From: Prochlorococcus sp. MIT 0801
GTDB taxonomy: Bacteria > Cyanobacteriota > Cyanobacteriia > PCC-6307 > Cyanobiaceae
Length of the DNA: 32,000 bases
Reading direction: 5' to 3'
NCBI RefSeq assembly: GCF_000757865.1
Contig: NZ_CP007754.1
Span: 1,440,001-1,472,000, forward strand
In this document: piece after piece, positions 1 through 8,934 of the stretch
How positions within the stretch are numbered: position 1 is the stretch's first letter
How the letters are laid out: each line of letters starts with the position of its first letter
Notes under the pieces: generated by a model
Told to the model about the DNA's origin: nothing
Seen by the model: the letters and a program-made list of their open reading frames with translations, nothing else
The model's database searches: none
Program-made: the position numbers and the translations under genes

Positions 1-1131
1 AGCTTTTCCATTACTCAATTCATAACAAATAGCACCTGCAAAAGAGGGCCCCTCCCAATCAAGAAATCTTGATGGATTTCCACTTTCAATTCCACCTACT
101 GCCGAGAGGCCATTTTTCAAAAAGTTAGGCAATTCGGGAATCCATTCGCCCAACGGAACTAATCTAGATTTGTCCAATACATCCGAAAAAGACTCTTCAC
201 CAGGATTAAAAACCAATATTGAACTTCGTAGAGAACCATTTATTTTCCTGAAACCTCCAGAGAGAAATTTAATAGAAAAATCTCGGATCTTTAATCTATC
301 CAGAGGCAACGTTCCCTCTGGAGCAATTAAAAAAGATGCATTCATTTCAAAAGCTTTAGTTAATGCTCTATTTACTTTTGAGGGCAATGCATTTATCTCT
401 TCCTGACTAAATTTTTGTCTTATTGGAATATTTGTTTGCCACATCGCAACCTTTTCTAATGAATCAGTTGGAGAATCCAACAACAAGATAAATCCAATTA
501 AATGAGCTAACGAAAAATAAGCAACGCCAAGAATAATAAATTTCTTAAGTTTTTTTCTAGCTTGAAACGCAATTGAAAGTTGCCATATCCACCATCCCGC
601 CAAAAGATGAATAGAGGCCAAGCCGCCCGAACCTATCCATCTTGCTAATCCAGCCAAATATCTATCTTGTGGTAATAAGCTTGGCCCTACACCCATCCAA
701 AACAAAGGGCCTCTTGATAGTAGTTCTTCAGAAAGCCCCCATATTGTTGACAATAAGACGGCATAAATAAACTTATTTTCTAATTTAGAAAACCGAAGTC
801 TTCCAGGAGCCAAAAAGCCATTCAAAGCTGACCAAATAAAAACCAGCCCGCCTCCAAAGGCTCCACAAAAAAGCCATATAAAAATGGTTATTGGTAAACT
901 TAAATTTGAGCTTATCCCTACCCAACTAATTGGATGCAACGATAGCAACCACTTATGACTCCATAAAATAGCCATCGCACCCCAACAAAAGCCTCCCCAT
1001 GGATTTTTACTAGCCGGCCAAAGTAAAGATATTCCCAAAAGCATGAAAATATAATTGCCTTCACTTAGGGAGATTCCTGCTAGAGCTCCACCAGCGAAAG
1101 CTTTAATAAAAAGAGAATAGATATTATTCAT
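1..1131 (-). CDS. lnt: Apolipoprotein N-acyltransferase, partial (C-terminus beyond left edge)
   Basis: This gene is absent from the ORF track because it runs off the window edge. By hand translation, the reverse frame is open from the ATG at 1131-1129 to base 1 (377 codons). A multi-TM N-terminal half is followed by CN-hydrolase motifs (..FLIAPEGTLP.. and ..GAICYE.. with the catalytic Cys). Confidence 0.8.
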   Translation of the reverse strand, partial: MNNIYSLFIKAFAGGALAGISLSEGNYIFMLLGISLLWPASKNPWGGFCWGAMAILWSHKWLLSLHPISWVGISSNLSLPITIFIWLFCGAFGGGLVFIWSALNGFLAPGRLRFSKLENKFIYAVLLSTIWGLSEELLSRGPLFWMGVGPSLLPQDRYLAGLARWIGSGGLASIHLLAGWWIWQLSIAFQARKKLKKFIILGVAYFSLAHLIGFILLLDSPTDSLEKVAMWQTNIPIRQKFSQEEINALPSKVNRALTKAFEMNASFLIAPEGTLPLDRLKIRDFSIKFLSGGFRKINGSLRSSILVFNPGEESFSDVLDKSRLVPLGEWIPELPNFLKNGLSAVGGIESGNPSRFLDWEGPSFAGAICYELSNGKA

Positions 1132-1204
1132 AAATCCAATTTAGTTAAATATACTCCGACCAAATTCATGCTCTCTGGTTAGTTATCTTTTAAATAGATG
1201 TAAT

Positions 1205-1849
1205 TTGGGTATTAATCTGCAAGAATATTTCCGAGTACGTAATATTGCTGTGAGAGAAATCTTAATTAGCTTTTCTGTTTGCCTTAGCTGCTTGATGATT
1301 GCAGTGATTAGCCAAATCATCTCACCTACCCCAACGAATGCCTTACAAATTGACCAACCAATCCAAGCGGATGTAAGGCAATCCACAAAAACCAGCGAGT
1401 CTGTAACTAATCCATTTGAATTAGACCCAGAAGACCCAAATCCATCACTTTTTACTATGGCTTCAGATAAAACCAGTGCAAGTAACGCTCCTCTAGGAGG
1501 AGCTGAGATAGGAGCATCACAAGTAACTTCAAGTGGGCTCAAAATTACTGAATTAGTTTTAGGTGATGGTCTACAAGCTACCCCAGGAACAAGTGTCTCA
1601 GTAAATTACAAAGGTACTCTTGATGATGGGAAAGAATTTGACAGCAGTTATGGAAGAGGTCCTTTTGAATTTTCGTTAGGTGCAGGGATGGTGATAAAGG
1701 GTTGGGATGAGGGAGTCGCAGGAATGAAAGTTGGAGGAAAAAGAAAATTAGTCATTCCACCAGAATTGGGGTATGGCAGCAGAGGGATAGGTCCAATCCC
1801 TCCTAATTCAGTTTTAACGTTTGAAGTGGAATTATTAGGTGTTAAGTGA
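1205..1849 (+). CDS. FKBP-type peptidyl-prolyl cis-trans isomerase with an N-terminal signal or anchor segment
   Basis: The C-terminal 110 aa is a canonical FKBP domain ([59 protein letters not shown]). The N-terminus has a hydrophobic stretch. The start is uncertain: TTG at 1205, or an internal ATG about 30 codons later. Confidence 0.85.
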   Translation: MGINLQEYFRVRNIAVREILISFSVCLSCLMIAVISQIISPTPTNALQIDQPIQADVRQSTKTSESVTNPFELDPEDPNPSLFTMASDKTSASNAPLGGAEIGASQVTSSGLKITELVLGDGLQATPGTSVSVNYKGTLDDGKEFDSSYGRGPFEFSLGAGMVIKGWDEGVAGMKVGGKRKLVIPPELGYGSRGIGPIPPNSVLTFEVELLGVK

Positions 1850-1883
1850 GTTTCTTAAATTATTCAGAAAGCTCTAGATAAAG

Positions 1884-1911
1884 TTATGGCGTTTGTTGAC
1901 AAACGCCATAA
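1884..1911. repeat. Perfect inverted repeat TTATGGCGTTTGT-TG-ACAAACGCCATAA in the FKBP-sodN spacer
   Basis: Read directly from the sequence: 13-nt arms that can form a 12-bp stem with a 4-nt loop. An A9 run (1916-1924) follows and merges into the sodN ATG. Confidence 0.7.
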
Positions 1912-1923
1912 ATGTAAAAAAAA

Positions 1924-2415
1924 ATGTTCACAAATTATTCTCAGATGTTGAGCGAAACACTTACATCAATCTTTAACAAGCTTCCAGCAAAATCTGTTCA
2001 CGCTCACTGTGACGGACCTTGCGGTGTATACGACCCTGCTTCAGCAAGAGTTGCCGCAGAAGCAGTTTTGTCTATGACAAAAAAACTTATTGCTCTAGCT
2101 CCAGCTGGTAACGATCAAGCTTCCATTTCAGCTTATAACAATACTTTTTCTCGCTTCGTTGCGATTAAAGAAGAAGAATCACAAAAGGCCAAAAAAGAAC
2201 TTCTAATCCTCTGGACTGATTACTTCAAGCCTGAGCACTTAGCTACATATCCAGATCTTCATGACACTTTTTGGAAAGCAGCAAAGCTTTGTAGTGCATG
2301 CAAGGTAAATATTGATCAAACCAAGGCAGAAGAATTATTAGCAGCTGTACAAAAGATTCACTCGATGTTTTGGTCATCAAAAGGTAGAAGTGATAGCTGG
2401 GTTACCGCAAGCTGA
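1924..2415 (+). CDS. sodN: Nickel superoxide dismutase precursor
   Basis: The Ni-hook motif HCDGPCGVYDPA follows a leader of about 27 aa ending ..SVHA. This matches the NiSOD family, where the leader is removed so that His becomes residue 1. Confidence 0.9.
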   Translation: MFTNYSQMLSETLTSIFNKLPAKSVHAHCDGPCGVYDPASARVAAEAVLSMTKKLIALAPAGNDQASISAYNNTFSRFVAIKEEESQKAKKELLILWTDYFKPEHLATYPDLHDTFWKAAKLCSACKVNIDQTKAEELLAAVQKIHSMFWSSKGRSDSWVTAS

Positions 2416-2767
2416 TAAAAGTCTTTTCCACAAGCCAGACTTATTTACTTTATTTACTTTAATAATCGGTTACCGACAACATTTACGTGTTGTCGGTACT
2501 TCTATGGAAAGAACTCTTAAAGAGGGCGATTTAGTAACATATAAAAAGTTAAACCCAAGAAATATTGACTTAGAGATTGGCGATATCGTCGTTGCCTCTC
2601 ATCCAAAAACAAAAAATAAATTAATAATTAAAAGAATTCATAGGATTTATCAAAATAAATTTGATTTAAGGGGAGACAACTCATTGTCAAGCACTGATAG
2701 TCGAGAATTGGGTTTATTTGAATTAGATTTAATCATTGGGAAAGTAGACAAAATCTTCTCTAACTAG
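2390..2767 (+). CDS. sodX: NiSOD maturation peptidase (S26 signal-peptidase-like)
   Basis: S26 boxes are present: GTSMERTL (Ser box), IKRIHRI (Lys box) and GDNSLSSTDSRELG. It lies immediately downstream of sodN. GTG at 2390 is the only canonical start upstream of the catalytic Ser, giving a 26-nt overlap with sodN. Confidence 0.8.
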   Translation: MIAGLPQADKSLFHKPDLFTLFTLIIGYRQHLRVVGTSMERTLKEGDLVTYKKLNPRNIDLEIGDIVVASHPKTKNKLIIKRIHRIYQNKFDLRGDNSLSSTDSRELGLFELDLIIGKVDKIFSN

Positions 2768-2800
2768 GCTTATGAGATTAGCTAAGATATTTTCCCTAAT

Positions 2801-3688
2801 TTATAAATTACCAATTAACTTTTTAACTCCAGCTAATATATCTTCCTGTGACATAAGAGATTCACCAACCAAAACAGCATCAGCTCCATAACTCTTCACT
2901 AAATCCAAATCCTCACGATTAAATAAACCTGACTCGCTTACCAAAGTAATAGAATTTTCCTTGATTTCGTTAGCATAATTCTTAGCCAATTTCTTTGTAA
3001 CCTCAAGATCAGTTTTAAAACTCTTTAAATTTCTATTATTAATACCTATTAAATTAAATACATTAATATTTAGTACTCGTTCAAGTTCTTCTGAGTCATG
3101 AACCTCTACTAATATTGTAAGTCCCAGATGTTCAGCGACCTTAGATAAGTACTTTAAATCAGAATCAGTCAAGATTGCCGCTATCAAAAGTGCAGCATCA
3201 GCACCAGCAGCTCTTGCTTGGTAAAGTTGATAGGGGTAAAGGATAAAGTCCTTACATAGGATTGGGATTATGATTTCCTTTCTAACTTCAACTAAGACAT
3301 CAAAACCACCTTGAAAAAATTTTTTATCTGTTAAGACCGATATGCAGTTAGCACCGCCCTCTTGATACATTTTACCTATCATTTTCGCGTCAAAGTCTTC
3401 TCTAATTATCCCTCTACTTGGACTAGCCTTTTTTATTTCTGAGATTAGTGCTGGTTTCGAATTACTATTTCTTAATGCATCTATGAAATTTTTTGTTTTT
3501 GGTAAATCCTTGATCTTTCTCTTTAAATCTTCAAGCGAAACTTTTTTTCTTGCAATCTCAACTTCTAGATGTTTTTCCCAAACAATTTCCTCCAAAATAT
3601 TTTTAGGTTTTGAATCTGGGTGAGGAATTGCATACTCTAAATTAGCTACTTTTATACTTGGGTTAGGAGGTCTTCTTCTAATTTCCAT
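2801..3688 (-). CDS. trpC: Indole-3-glycerol phosphate synthase
   Basis: Full-length IGPS-like sequence (..[20 protein letters not shown].., ..[12 protein letters not shown].., ..LVEVH.., ..IGINNRNL..). Confidence 0.9.
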   Translation of the reverse strand: MEIRRRPPNPSIKVANLEYAIPHPDSKPKNILEEIVWEKHLEVEIARKKVSLEDLKRKIKDLPKTKNFIDALRNSNSKPALISEIKKASPSRGIIREDFDAKMIGKMYQEGGANCISVLTDKKFFQGGFDVLVEVRKEIIIPILCKDFILYPYQLYQARAAGADAALLIAAILTDSDLKYLSKVAEHLGLTILVEVHDSEELERVLNINVFNLIGINNRNLKSFKTDLEVTKKLAKNYANEIKENSITLVSESGLFNREDLDLVKSYGADAVLVGESLMSQEDILAGVKKLIGNL

Positions 3689-3730
3689 AATTTAAATAAT
3701 TAATGATCTATAAAGATAAAATTTGATTTA

Positions 3731-5173
3731 CTATTTCTTTATTTGTAAAGATGCCTGCTTATAAGCAACCTCTACAACTTCGCTTAATGTTGGATGAGTA
3801 TGAACTTCTTTTGCTAAGTCATTAACTCGTTGTCTTCTAGAAATTGCATTAGAAACCTCTTGTATGAGATCAGCCGCATGTAATCCATAAATATGAGCCC
3901 CAAGGACCTCTCCCGTATCTTTATTGAAAATCAACTTCATAATTCCATCACTTTCTAATTCAGCCAAGGCCTTAGAGTTCGCTTTAAAATAACTTCTAAC
4001 AATTCCAAGTTCAAAGCCTTGGTTTTTCGCTAGATCTTTTGCTTCTTCTTCCGAGAGTCCAACGGAACTTATCTCAGGGTGAGTAAAAGTCGCTGCAGGA
4101 ATACTTCTGTAGTCAATTTCTATTGCTTTTCCTAAAATATTTTCTACAGCAATACTCCCTTGTGCTGCAGCGGTATGGGCCAACATCAACTTACCCGTAA
4201 CATCTCCGACTGCCCATAGATTAGAAACCGGTGTTTCATTTACCAATACTCTCATCTGATCATCAATTGGAATAAAACCTCTAGTTGTTTCAACTCCAAC
4301 GGATTGTAGATTTAGATTTTCAGTCGACGGTACTCGGCCTGTTGCGACCAGAACAGCGTCAACTTGCAACTCCTCAATTACTTCTCGACTCTTTGCATCT
4401 GTAAGCTCGACCTCGACGGGACAACCTGGCTTAACTTTAGTAGCGAACACACCAGCTCGAGTTTCAATATCTCTTTTATCAATTAGGTTTCTTGAAGCAA
4501 TTTTCGTGATATCTGGATCAAAAGTAGGCATTACTTTATCAAGAGCTTCAATCATGGTTACCTCACAACCTAAAGCTGTATAAATATCAGCGAATTCCAA
4601 ACCTATATAGCCACTACCAATTATTGCAATCCATCTTGGCAACCATTCTAAATTAATAGCCTCATCACTTGTAAAAACAGTTCGTCCATCAATTTCAATT
4701 CCAGGCGGTACAAAAGGGTCTGAGCCTGTAGCTAAGATAATATCTCTAGCAGAAAAAATTCTATCAACTCCATTAGTTTCTCTTAAACCGACCTTTTGAT
4801 TGCCTTCTAAACGTCCTTCTCCTCTAAGTATCTCAACTCCAGATCTTTCCAATGTTTTAGTTAGATTTTTTCGAATTGTCTCGACTAATTTTTTTGCATG
4901 TTCGGCTATTTTTTTACGTTCAAATCTAACCGGAGCCGAATGTATCCCAAATTCAGCAAGATGAGGAACATCTGCAAGCTCACGAACTTTACCACTGGCA
5001 GCTAGTAATGCTTTAGAGGGGACACAGCCTCTGTTAACACAGGTCCCACCCATATCTCTTGATTCGACAATCGCCACTTTTAAGCCAGCCTCTGCCGCGT
5101 GTTTAGCCGCATCAAAACCTCCATATCCAGCTCCGACAACAATCAAGTCAAAGTCAAAAGAAATTTCACTCAC
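3731..5173 (-). CDS. lpdA: Dihydrolipoyl dehydrogenase (E3)
   Basis: It has the FAD-binding GAGYGG motif, the redox-active disulfide motif GGTCVNRGCVPSK, and a C-terminal dimerisation domain with HTHPTLSE. The start is GTG, in a GTGA overlap with the stop of the upstream gene. Confidence 0.9.
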   Translation of the reverse strand: MSEISFDFDLIVVGAGYGGFDAAKHAAEAGLKVAIVESRDMGGTCVNRGCVPSKALLAASGKVRELADVPHLAEFGIHSAPVRFERKKIAEHAKKLVETIRKNLTKTLERSGVEILRGEGRLEGNQKVGLRETNGVDRIFSARDIILATGSDPFVPPGIEIDGRTVFTSDEAINLEWLPRWIAIIGSGYIGLEFADIYTALGCEVTMIEALDKVMPTFDPDITKIASRNLIDKRDIETRAGVFATKVKPGCPVEVELTDAKSREVIEELQVDAVLVATGRVPSTENLNLQSVGVETTRGFIPIDDQMRVLVNETPVSNLWAVGDVTGKLMLAHTAAAQGSIAVENILGKAIEIDYRSIPAATFTHPEISSVGLSEEEAKDLAKNQGFELGIVRSYFKANSKALAELESDGIMKLIFNKDTGEVLGAHIYGLHAADLIQEVSNAISRRQRVNDLAKEVHTHPTLSEVVEVAYKQASLQIKK

Positions 5174-6006
5174 GATTTTTTTTGGATACCCTTAACCATT
5201 TTTACTCTTTGTCGCTCCAACAAGAGAGGAACTGCAGCAGATGCCACATTAAGTGAATCAACTAATGAGCTATGAGGCAACGTAACAAAGTCTGTACAAC
5301 ATGCTTCAATTGAAGCATGAACACCTGAACCCTCATTACCAAGAACCAATACTGTAGGGAGATCCCAGTCTAATTCCCAATAAGGTTTCACTTTCTTATC
5401 AGTAATTTTATTCGGTGAAATTGTTCCTACTACTTGGTAATTATCATCAATTGCAATATTGAGTTTTGAAACAAGCATTTCAATACTTGAAGAGGATGAA
5501 TCTACAATCCGTTCAAAAGGCATATGAAGAACTGAGCCAGCGGAGGATCTTAAAACCTTTTGATTAAGTGGATCGGCTCCAGAAGCTAACCACATAACTT
5601 CATATTCACCAGCAAGAGCTGATCGAAATAAATTTCCCAAATTACCTGGATCTTGAATCCTATCCAAAGCCAAAATATGTTTAGGGGCTTTCCCCGATTT
5701 TGGTAACCCTTGCATTGGGAATATCGCTGCGACACCATCAGGTGTGACTGTTGACAAAGATGTTTCTAAAACGTTTTTGGTTACTAGGGTTAATAAAGTT
5801 CTTGAAGCTATTTTTTTTAAAATTTCCTCATGCTGATCACACCATTCAGGAGTTGCAATAACTTCTGTTAGCAAAAAATTTGTTTTCAAAGCCTCTTCTA
5901 ACAAATGAGACCCCTCAAGCAAAAGAGAAGAATGCTCTTCACGTCCAGTTTTCTTCAAAAGACCCCTTAATTTTCGAACCAAAGGGTTTCTTTTACTTGT
6001 AATCAA
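5170..6006 (-). CDS. TrmH/SpoU-family RNA 2'-O-methyltransferase
   Basis: SpoU methylase motifs are present (..DRIQDPGNLGNLFRSA.., ..VLGNEGSGV.., ..LPHSSLVDSLNVASAAV..). The start is TTG at 6006. Confidence 0.8.
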   Translation of the reverse strand: MITSKRNPLVRKLRGLLKKTGREEHSSLLLEGSHLLEEALKTNFLLTEVIATPEWCDQHEEILKKIASRTLLTLVTKNVLETSLSTVTPDGVAAIFPMQGLPKSGKAPKHILALDRIQDPGNLGNLFRSALAGEYEVMWLASGADPLNQKVLRSSAGSVLHMPFERIVDSSSSSIEMLVSKLNIAIDDNYQVVGTISPNKITDKKVKPYWELDWDLPTVLVLGNEGSGVHASIEACCTDFVTLPHSSLVDSLNVASAAVPLLLERQRVKMVKGIQKKS

Positions 6007-6246
6007 TGGCGAATATGAATTATTAATTTTCTAACCTCAAATTATTTAATTTTTGAAAAGCAGAAACTTTTATTGCATTAAAGACCACTTATTTTCTTAT
6101 TAAATTCAATAAAAACTATATAAAAATTTTATTCAAACTTTCAACATTATCAATAATTTAATTTGAACCCATCAATTTTCAATAAGGTTTACTGGACTAT
6201 TTGAAATCCACTTGGCATTATGGCTGGGTAAGCAGTTCGCTCCAAT

Positions 6247-7623
6247 ATGAGTAGTGTGGCGACAATTAAAAGGAATATTATTCCGCCACATCTGGAGGTA
6301 AAAGGAGGGCGTCGGCTTGGTGGGATCTTAAAAGTTAGTGGGGCAAAAAACTCTTCACTAGCTTTAATGGCTGCGGCGCTTCTTACGAAAGAAAAACTCC
6401 TCATACAAAATGTCCCACAACTTACGGACATTGAAGTCATGTCAGAGATTCTCAGTAATTTGGGCGCAAAGTTAACTAAAACAAATAATTCTATAGAAAT
6501 TAATTCAGAGTCCATTCATAATGTTGAATTACCGTATGAATTAGTTCATAGCTTGAGAGCAAGCTTTTTCTGTGTTGGCCCATTACTTACAAGACTTGGA
6601 GAAGCAAAAATTCCTTTACCTGGTGGTTGCAATATTGGAGCAAGACCTGTTGATGAACATATCAATGGTCTAAAAGCTTTAGGAGCGGAAGTTGAAGTTA
6701 TAAATGATGTTGTAAAAGCTAAAGTTTCAACCAAAGACAAAAGATTACTTGGAGCGAATATTACTCTTAAATATCCCAGCGTTGGAGCCACGGAAACCAT
6801 ATTGATGGCTTCTTGCTTAGCTTTAGGCAAAACAACAATATCGAATCCAGCTAGAGAACCAGAGATCCAGGATCTCGCAAAAATGCTTAATTCAATGGGA
6901 GCAAAAGTTTTTGGAGCAGGAACGAAAAGAATCACAATCCTTGGAGTTGAATCTTTAAGCGGGACTTCTCATTCTGTTATCCCCGACAGGATAGAAGCAG
7001 GAACTTTTCTTATTGCTGCAGCAATAACACGATCGCCTCTCATTATTGGTCCAGTAATCCCAAGTCATTTGAGCGCTGTTATTTCAAAATTAAAAGAATG
7101 TGGCTGTTCAATATCTCAACATGGGACTCATCATTTAAAAATCATTCCAAGAGAGATTTCAGGAGTTGACATAACAACAAGTCCATTTCCTGGCTTCCCA
7201 ACTGATCTTCAGGCTCCATTTATGTCACTAATGGCCACCGCTAAGGGGTCAAGCAAAATCAAAGAAAGAGTTTTTGAGAAGAGAATGCAACATGTTTTAG
7301 AGCTAAATAAAATGGGCGCCTGTATTTATCTAGAAAACAATACTGCTTATATAAAAGGAGTAAAACAACTTGTAGGTTCAAATGTAGAGGGAGGAGACTT
7401 ACGTTCTTCTGCTGCCATTATCCTTGCATGTCTCTCTGCTAAAGGAAATAGTATTTTCACGGGCCTCGAACACTTAGATAGAGGCTATGAAAAATTAGAA
7501 GAAAAATTAACGAATGCAGGTTCTATTATTTCTAGAAAATTTGATCAAATAACATCTCATAGTTCTTTCTCTAACAAAATAATTAGTGAAGACAATATTG
7601 ATACTCAAAAAAATGCAGCTTAG
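6247..7623 (+). CDS. murA: UDP-N-acetylglucosamine 1-carboxyvinyltransferase
   Basis: EPSP-synthase/MurA fold sequence (..[17 protein letters not shown].., ..[14 protein letters not shown].., ..[12 protein letters not shown]..). It carries a C-terminal tail of about 30 aa beyond the conserved core. Confidence 0.9.
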   Translation: MSSVATIKRNIIPPHLEVKGGRRLGGILKVSGAKNSSLALMAAALLTKEKLLIQNVPQLTDIEVMSEILSNLGAKLTKTNNSIEINSESIHNVELPYELVHSLRASFFCVGPLLTRLGEAKIPLPGGCNIGARPVDEHINGLKALGAEVEVINDVVKAKVSTKDKRLLGANITLKYPSVGATETILMASCLALGKTTISNPAREPEIQDLAKMLNSMGAKVFGAGTKRITILGVESLSGTSHSVIPDRIEAGTFLIAAAITRSPLIIGPVIPSHLSAVISKLKECGCSISQHGTHHLKIIPREISGVDITTSPFPGFPTDLQAPFMSLMATAKGSSKIKERVFEKRMQHVLELNKMGACIYLENNTAYIKGVKQLVGSNVEGGDLRSSAAIILACLSAKGNSIFTGLEHLDRGYEKLEEKLTNAGSIISRKFDQITSHSSFSNKIISEDNIDTQKNAA

Positions 7624-7662
7624 TTTCATATATTTGCTAGTTTTGACATAAAATAAACACAT

Positions 7663-7744
7663 GGGAGCGTGGTGGAATTGGTAGACGCACCGCACTCAAA
7701 ATGCGGCACCTTCGGGTTTGTCGGTTCAAGTCCGACCGCTCCCA
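7663..7744 (+). tRNA. tRNA-Leu (anticodon CAA), long variable arm, no encoded CCA
   Basis: A cloverleaf can be folded by hand. The acceptor stem pairs GGGAGCG with CGCUCCC plus discriminator A. The anticodon stem CCGCA/UGCGG has loop CUCAAAA, there is a long variable arm, and the T-arm is GGUUCAAGUCC. Confidence 0.9.
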
Positions 7745-7752
7745 CTTCATTG

Positions 7753-8934
7753 ATGAAAACTTACAATCGTTTTCCCTTAGATCTCATTAGGGGTAAAGGC
7801 TCATGGGTGTGGGATAAAAAAGGCCGAAAATATCTTGATGCTGTGGCTGGAATTGCAACATGTTCACTAGGCCACAGTGATAAAGCATTAATCAAATCCT
7901 TATCAAAACAATTAAAAAGACTTCAACACGTATCTAACCTTTACGGAATACCAGAGCAAGAAGAATTAGCTCAATGGTTAACTTCACAAAGTTTTGCCAA
8001 GAGTGTATTTTTTTGCAATAGCGGTGCTGAAGCAAACGAAGCTGCAATTAAATTGGCAAGAAAATATGGGCATATTGAACGTAATATCGACAACCCAGTC
8101 ATTCTTTGCTCAAAGGAAAGCTTTCACGGAAGAACACTCGCCGCTGTAAGTGCGACAGGCCAAACGAAATACCACAAAGGTTTCGAGCCCATGGTTCAGG
8201 GATTTCAGTTTTTTTCTTATAATGACAGTGAATCTTTTGAAAATCTATTTGATACTTTAGAAAAAACAGGTCCACAAATTGCAGCTGTCTTTATTGAACC
8301 TATACAAGGTGAGGGAGGAATAAATATTGGAAAAAAATCATTTTTTGAACTCTTAAGAAAAAAATGTACTCACAGCAATGTTTTATTGATATTTGACGAA
8401 GTACAAACTGGAATGGGGAGGACAGGTACTCTTTGGGGATATGAACAACTAGGTATTGAACCTGATGTTTTCACACTAGCCAAAGGACTTGGTGGAGGTC
8501 ATGCCATTGGAGCGTTATTGGTTAATCAATTGGCTGATGTCTTTCAGCCCGGTGATCATGCCAGCACTTTTGGAGGGAATCCTTTCGCTTGCAGAGCAGC
8601 TCTAACCGTTGGGAAAGAAATACAAAAAAGAGACCTCCTAAATAAAGTCACTGAGAGAGGAGCTCAATTAAAAGAAGGATTGATTAAACTATCAAATAAA
8701 TATTCAGACATTTTTATTTCCACTAGAGGCGTTGGGCTTATTCAAGGTCTCGTTATAAAAGACAATATCAAAACAACATCTCTTGATATTGTCAAATCCG
8801 CATTAGAAGAGAAACTACTTCTAGTATCAGCTGGTGTAAAAGTATTAAGAATAGTCCCTCCTCTCACTATTACAAAAAAAGAAATCAACGAGCTTTTATC
8901 GAGACTAGACAAATGTCTGATGAAACTTTCATAG
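7753..8934 (+). CDS. argD: Acetylornithine aminotransferase (class III PLP aminotransferase)
   Basis: Class III aminotransferase motifs are present (..FFCNSGAEANEAAIKLARKY.., ..IFDEVQTGMGRTG.., ..TLAKGLGGG..). The track ORF starts at 7669 inside the tRNA. The ATG at 7753 (MKTYNRFPL..) is the first start clear of the tRNA. Confidence 0.85.
   Translation: MKTYNRFPLDLIRGKGSWVWDKKGRKYLDAVAGIATCSLGHSDKALIKSLSKQLKRLQHVSNLYGIPEQEELAQWLTSQSFAKSVFFCNSGAEANEAAIKLARKYGHIERNIDNPVILCSKESFHGRTLAAVSATGQTKYHKGFEPMVQGFQFFSYNDSESFENLFDTLEKTGPQIAAVFIEPIQGEGGINIGKKSFFELLRKKCTHSNVLLIFDEVQTGMGRTGTLWGYEQLGIEPDVFTLAKGLGGGHAIGALLVNQLADVFQPGDHASTFGGNPFACRAALTVGKEIQKRDLLNKVTERGAQLKEGLIKLSNKYSDIFISTRGVGLIQGLVIKDNIKTTSLDIVKSALEEKLLLVSAGVKVLRIVPPLTITKKEINELLSRLDKCLMKLS

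Noticed and set aside
1887-1952. A 21-codon ORF (MAFVDKRHKCKKKCSQIILRC) starting inside the sodN-upstream palindrome.
   Set aside because: It is generated by the palindrome and the A-run, and it overlaps the sodN start out of frame with no RBS. It is most likely fortuitous.
7026-7036. HIP1-like cores (CGATCGC) here and near 30473, considered as evidence of the cyanobacterial highly iterated palindrome.
   Set aside because: There are only two partial matches in 32 kb and neither is the full GCGATCGC octamer, so there is no enrichment.
7663-7744. The possibility of a group I intron in the tRNA-Leu gene, as known for cyanobacterial tRNA-Leu(UAA).
   Set aside because: The gene is continuous at 82 nt with an intact anticodon loop, and the anticodon is CAA, not UAA.
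7669-7752. The N-terminal 28 codons of track ORF 7669..8934 (MVELVDAPHSKCGTFGFVGSSPTAPTSL).
   Set aside because: This stretch is the tRNA-Leu gene read as protein. The aminotransferase homology begins at the ATG at 7753, so the CDS was trimmed.
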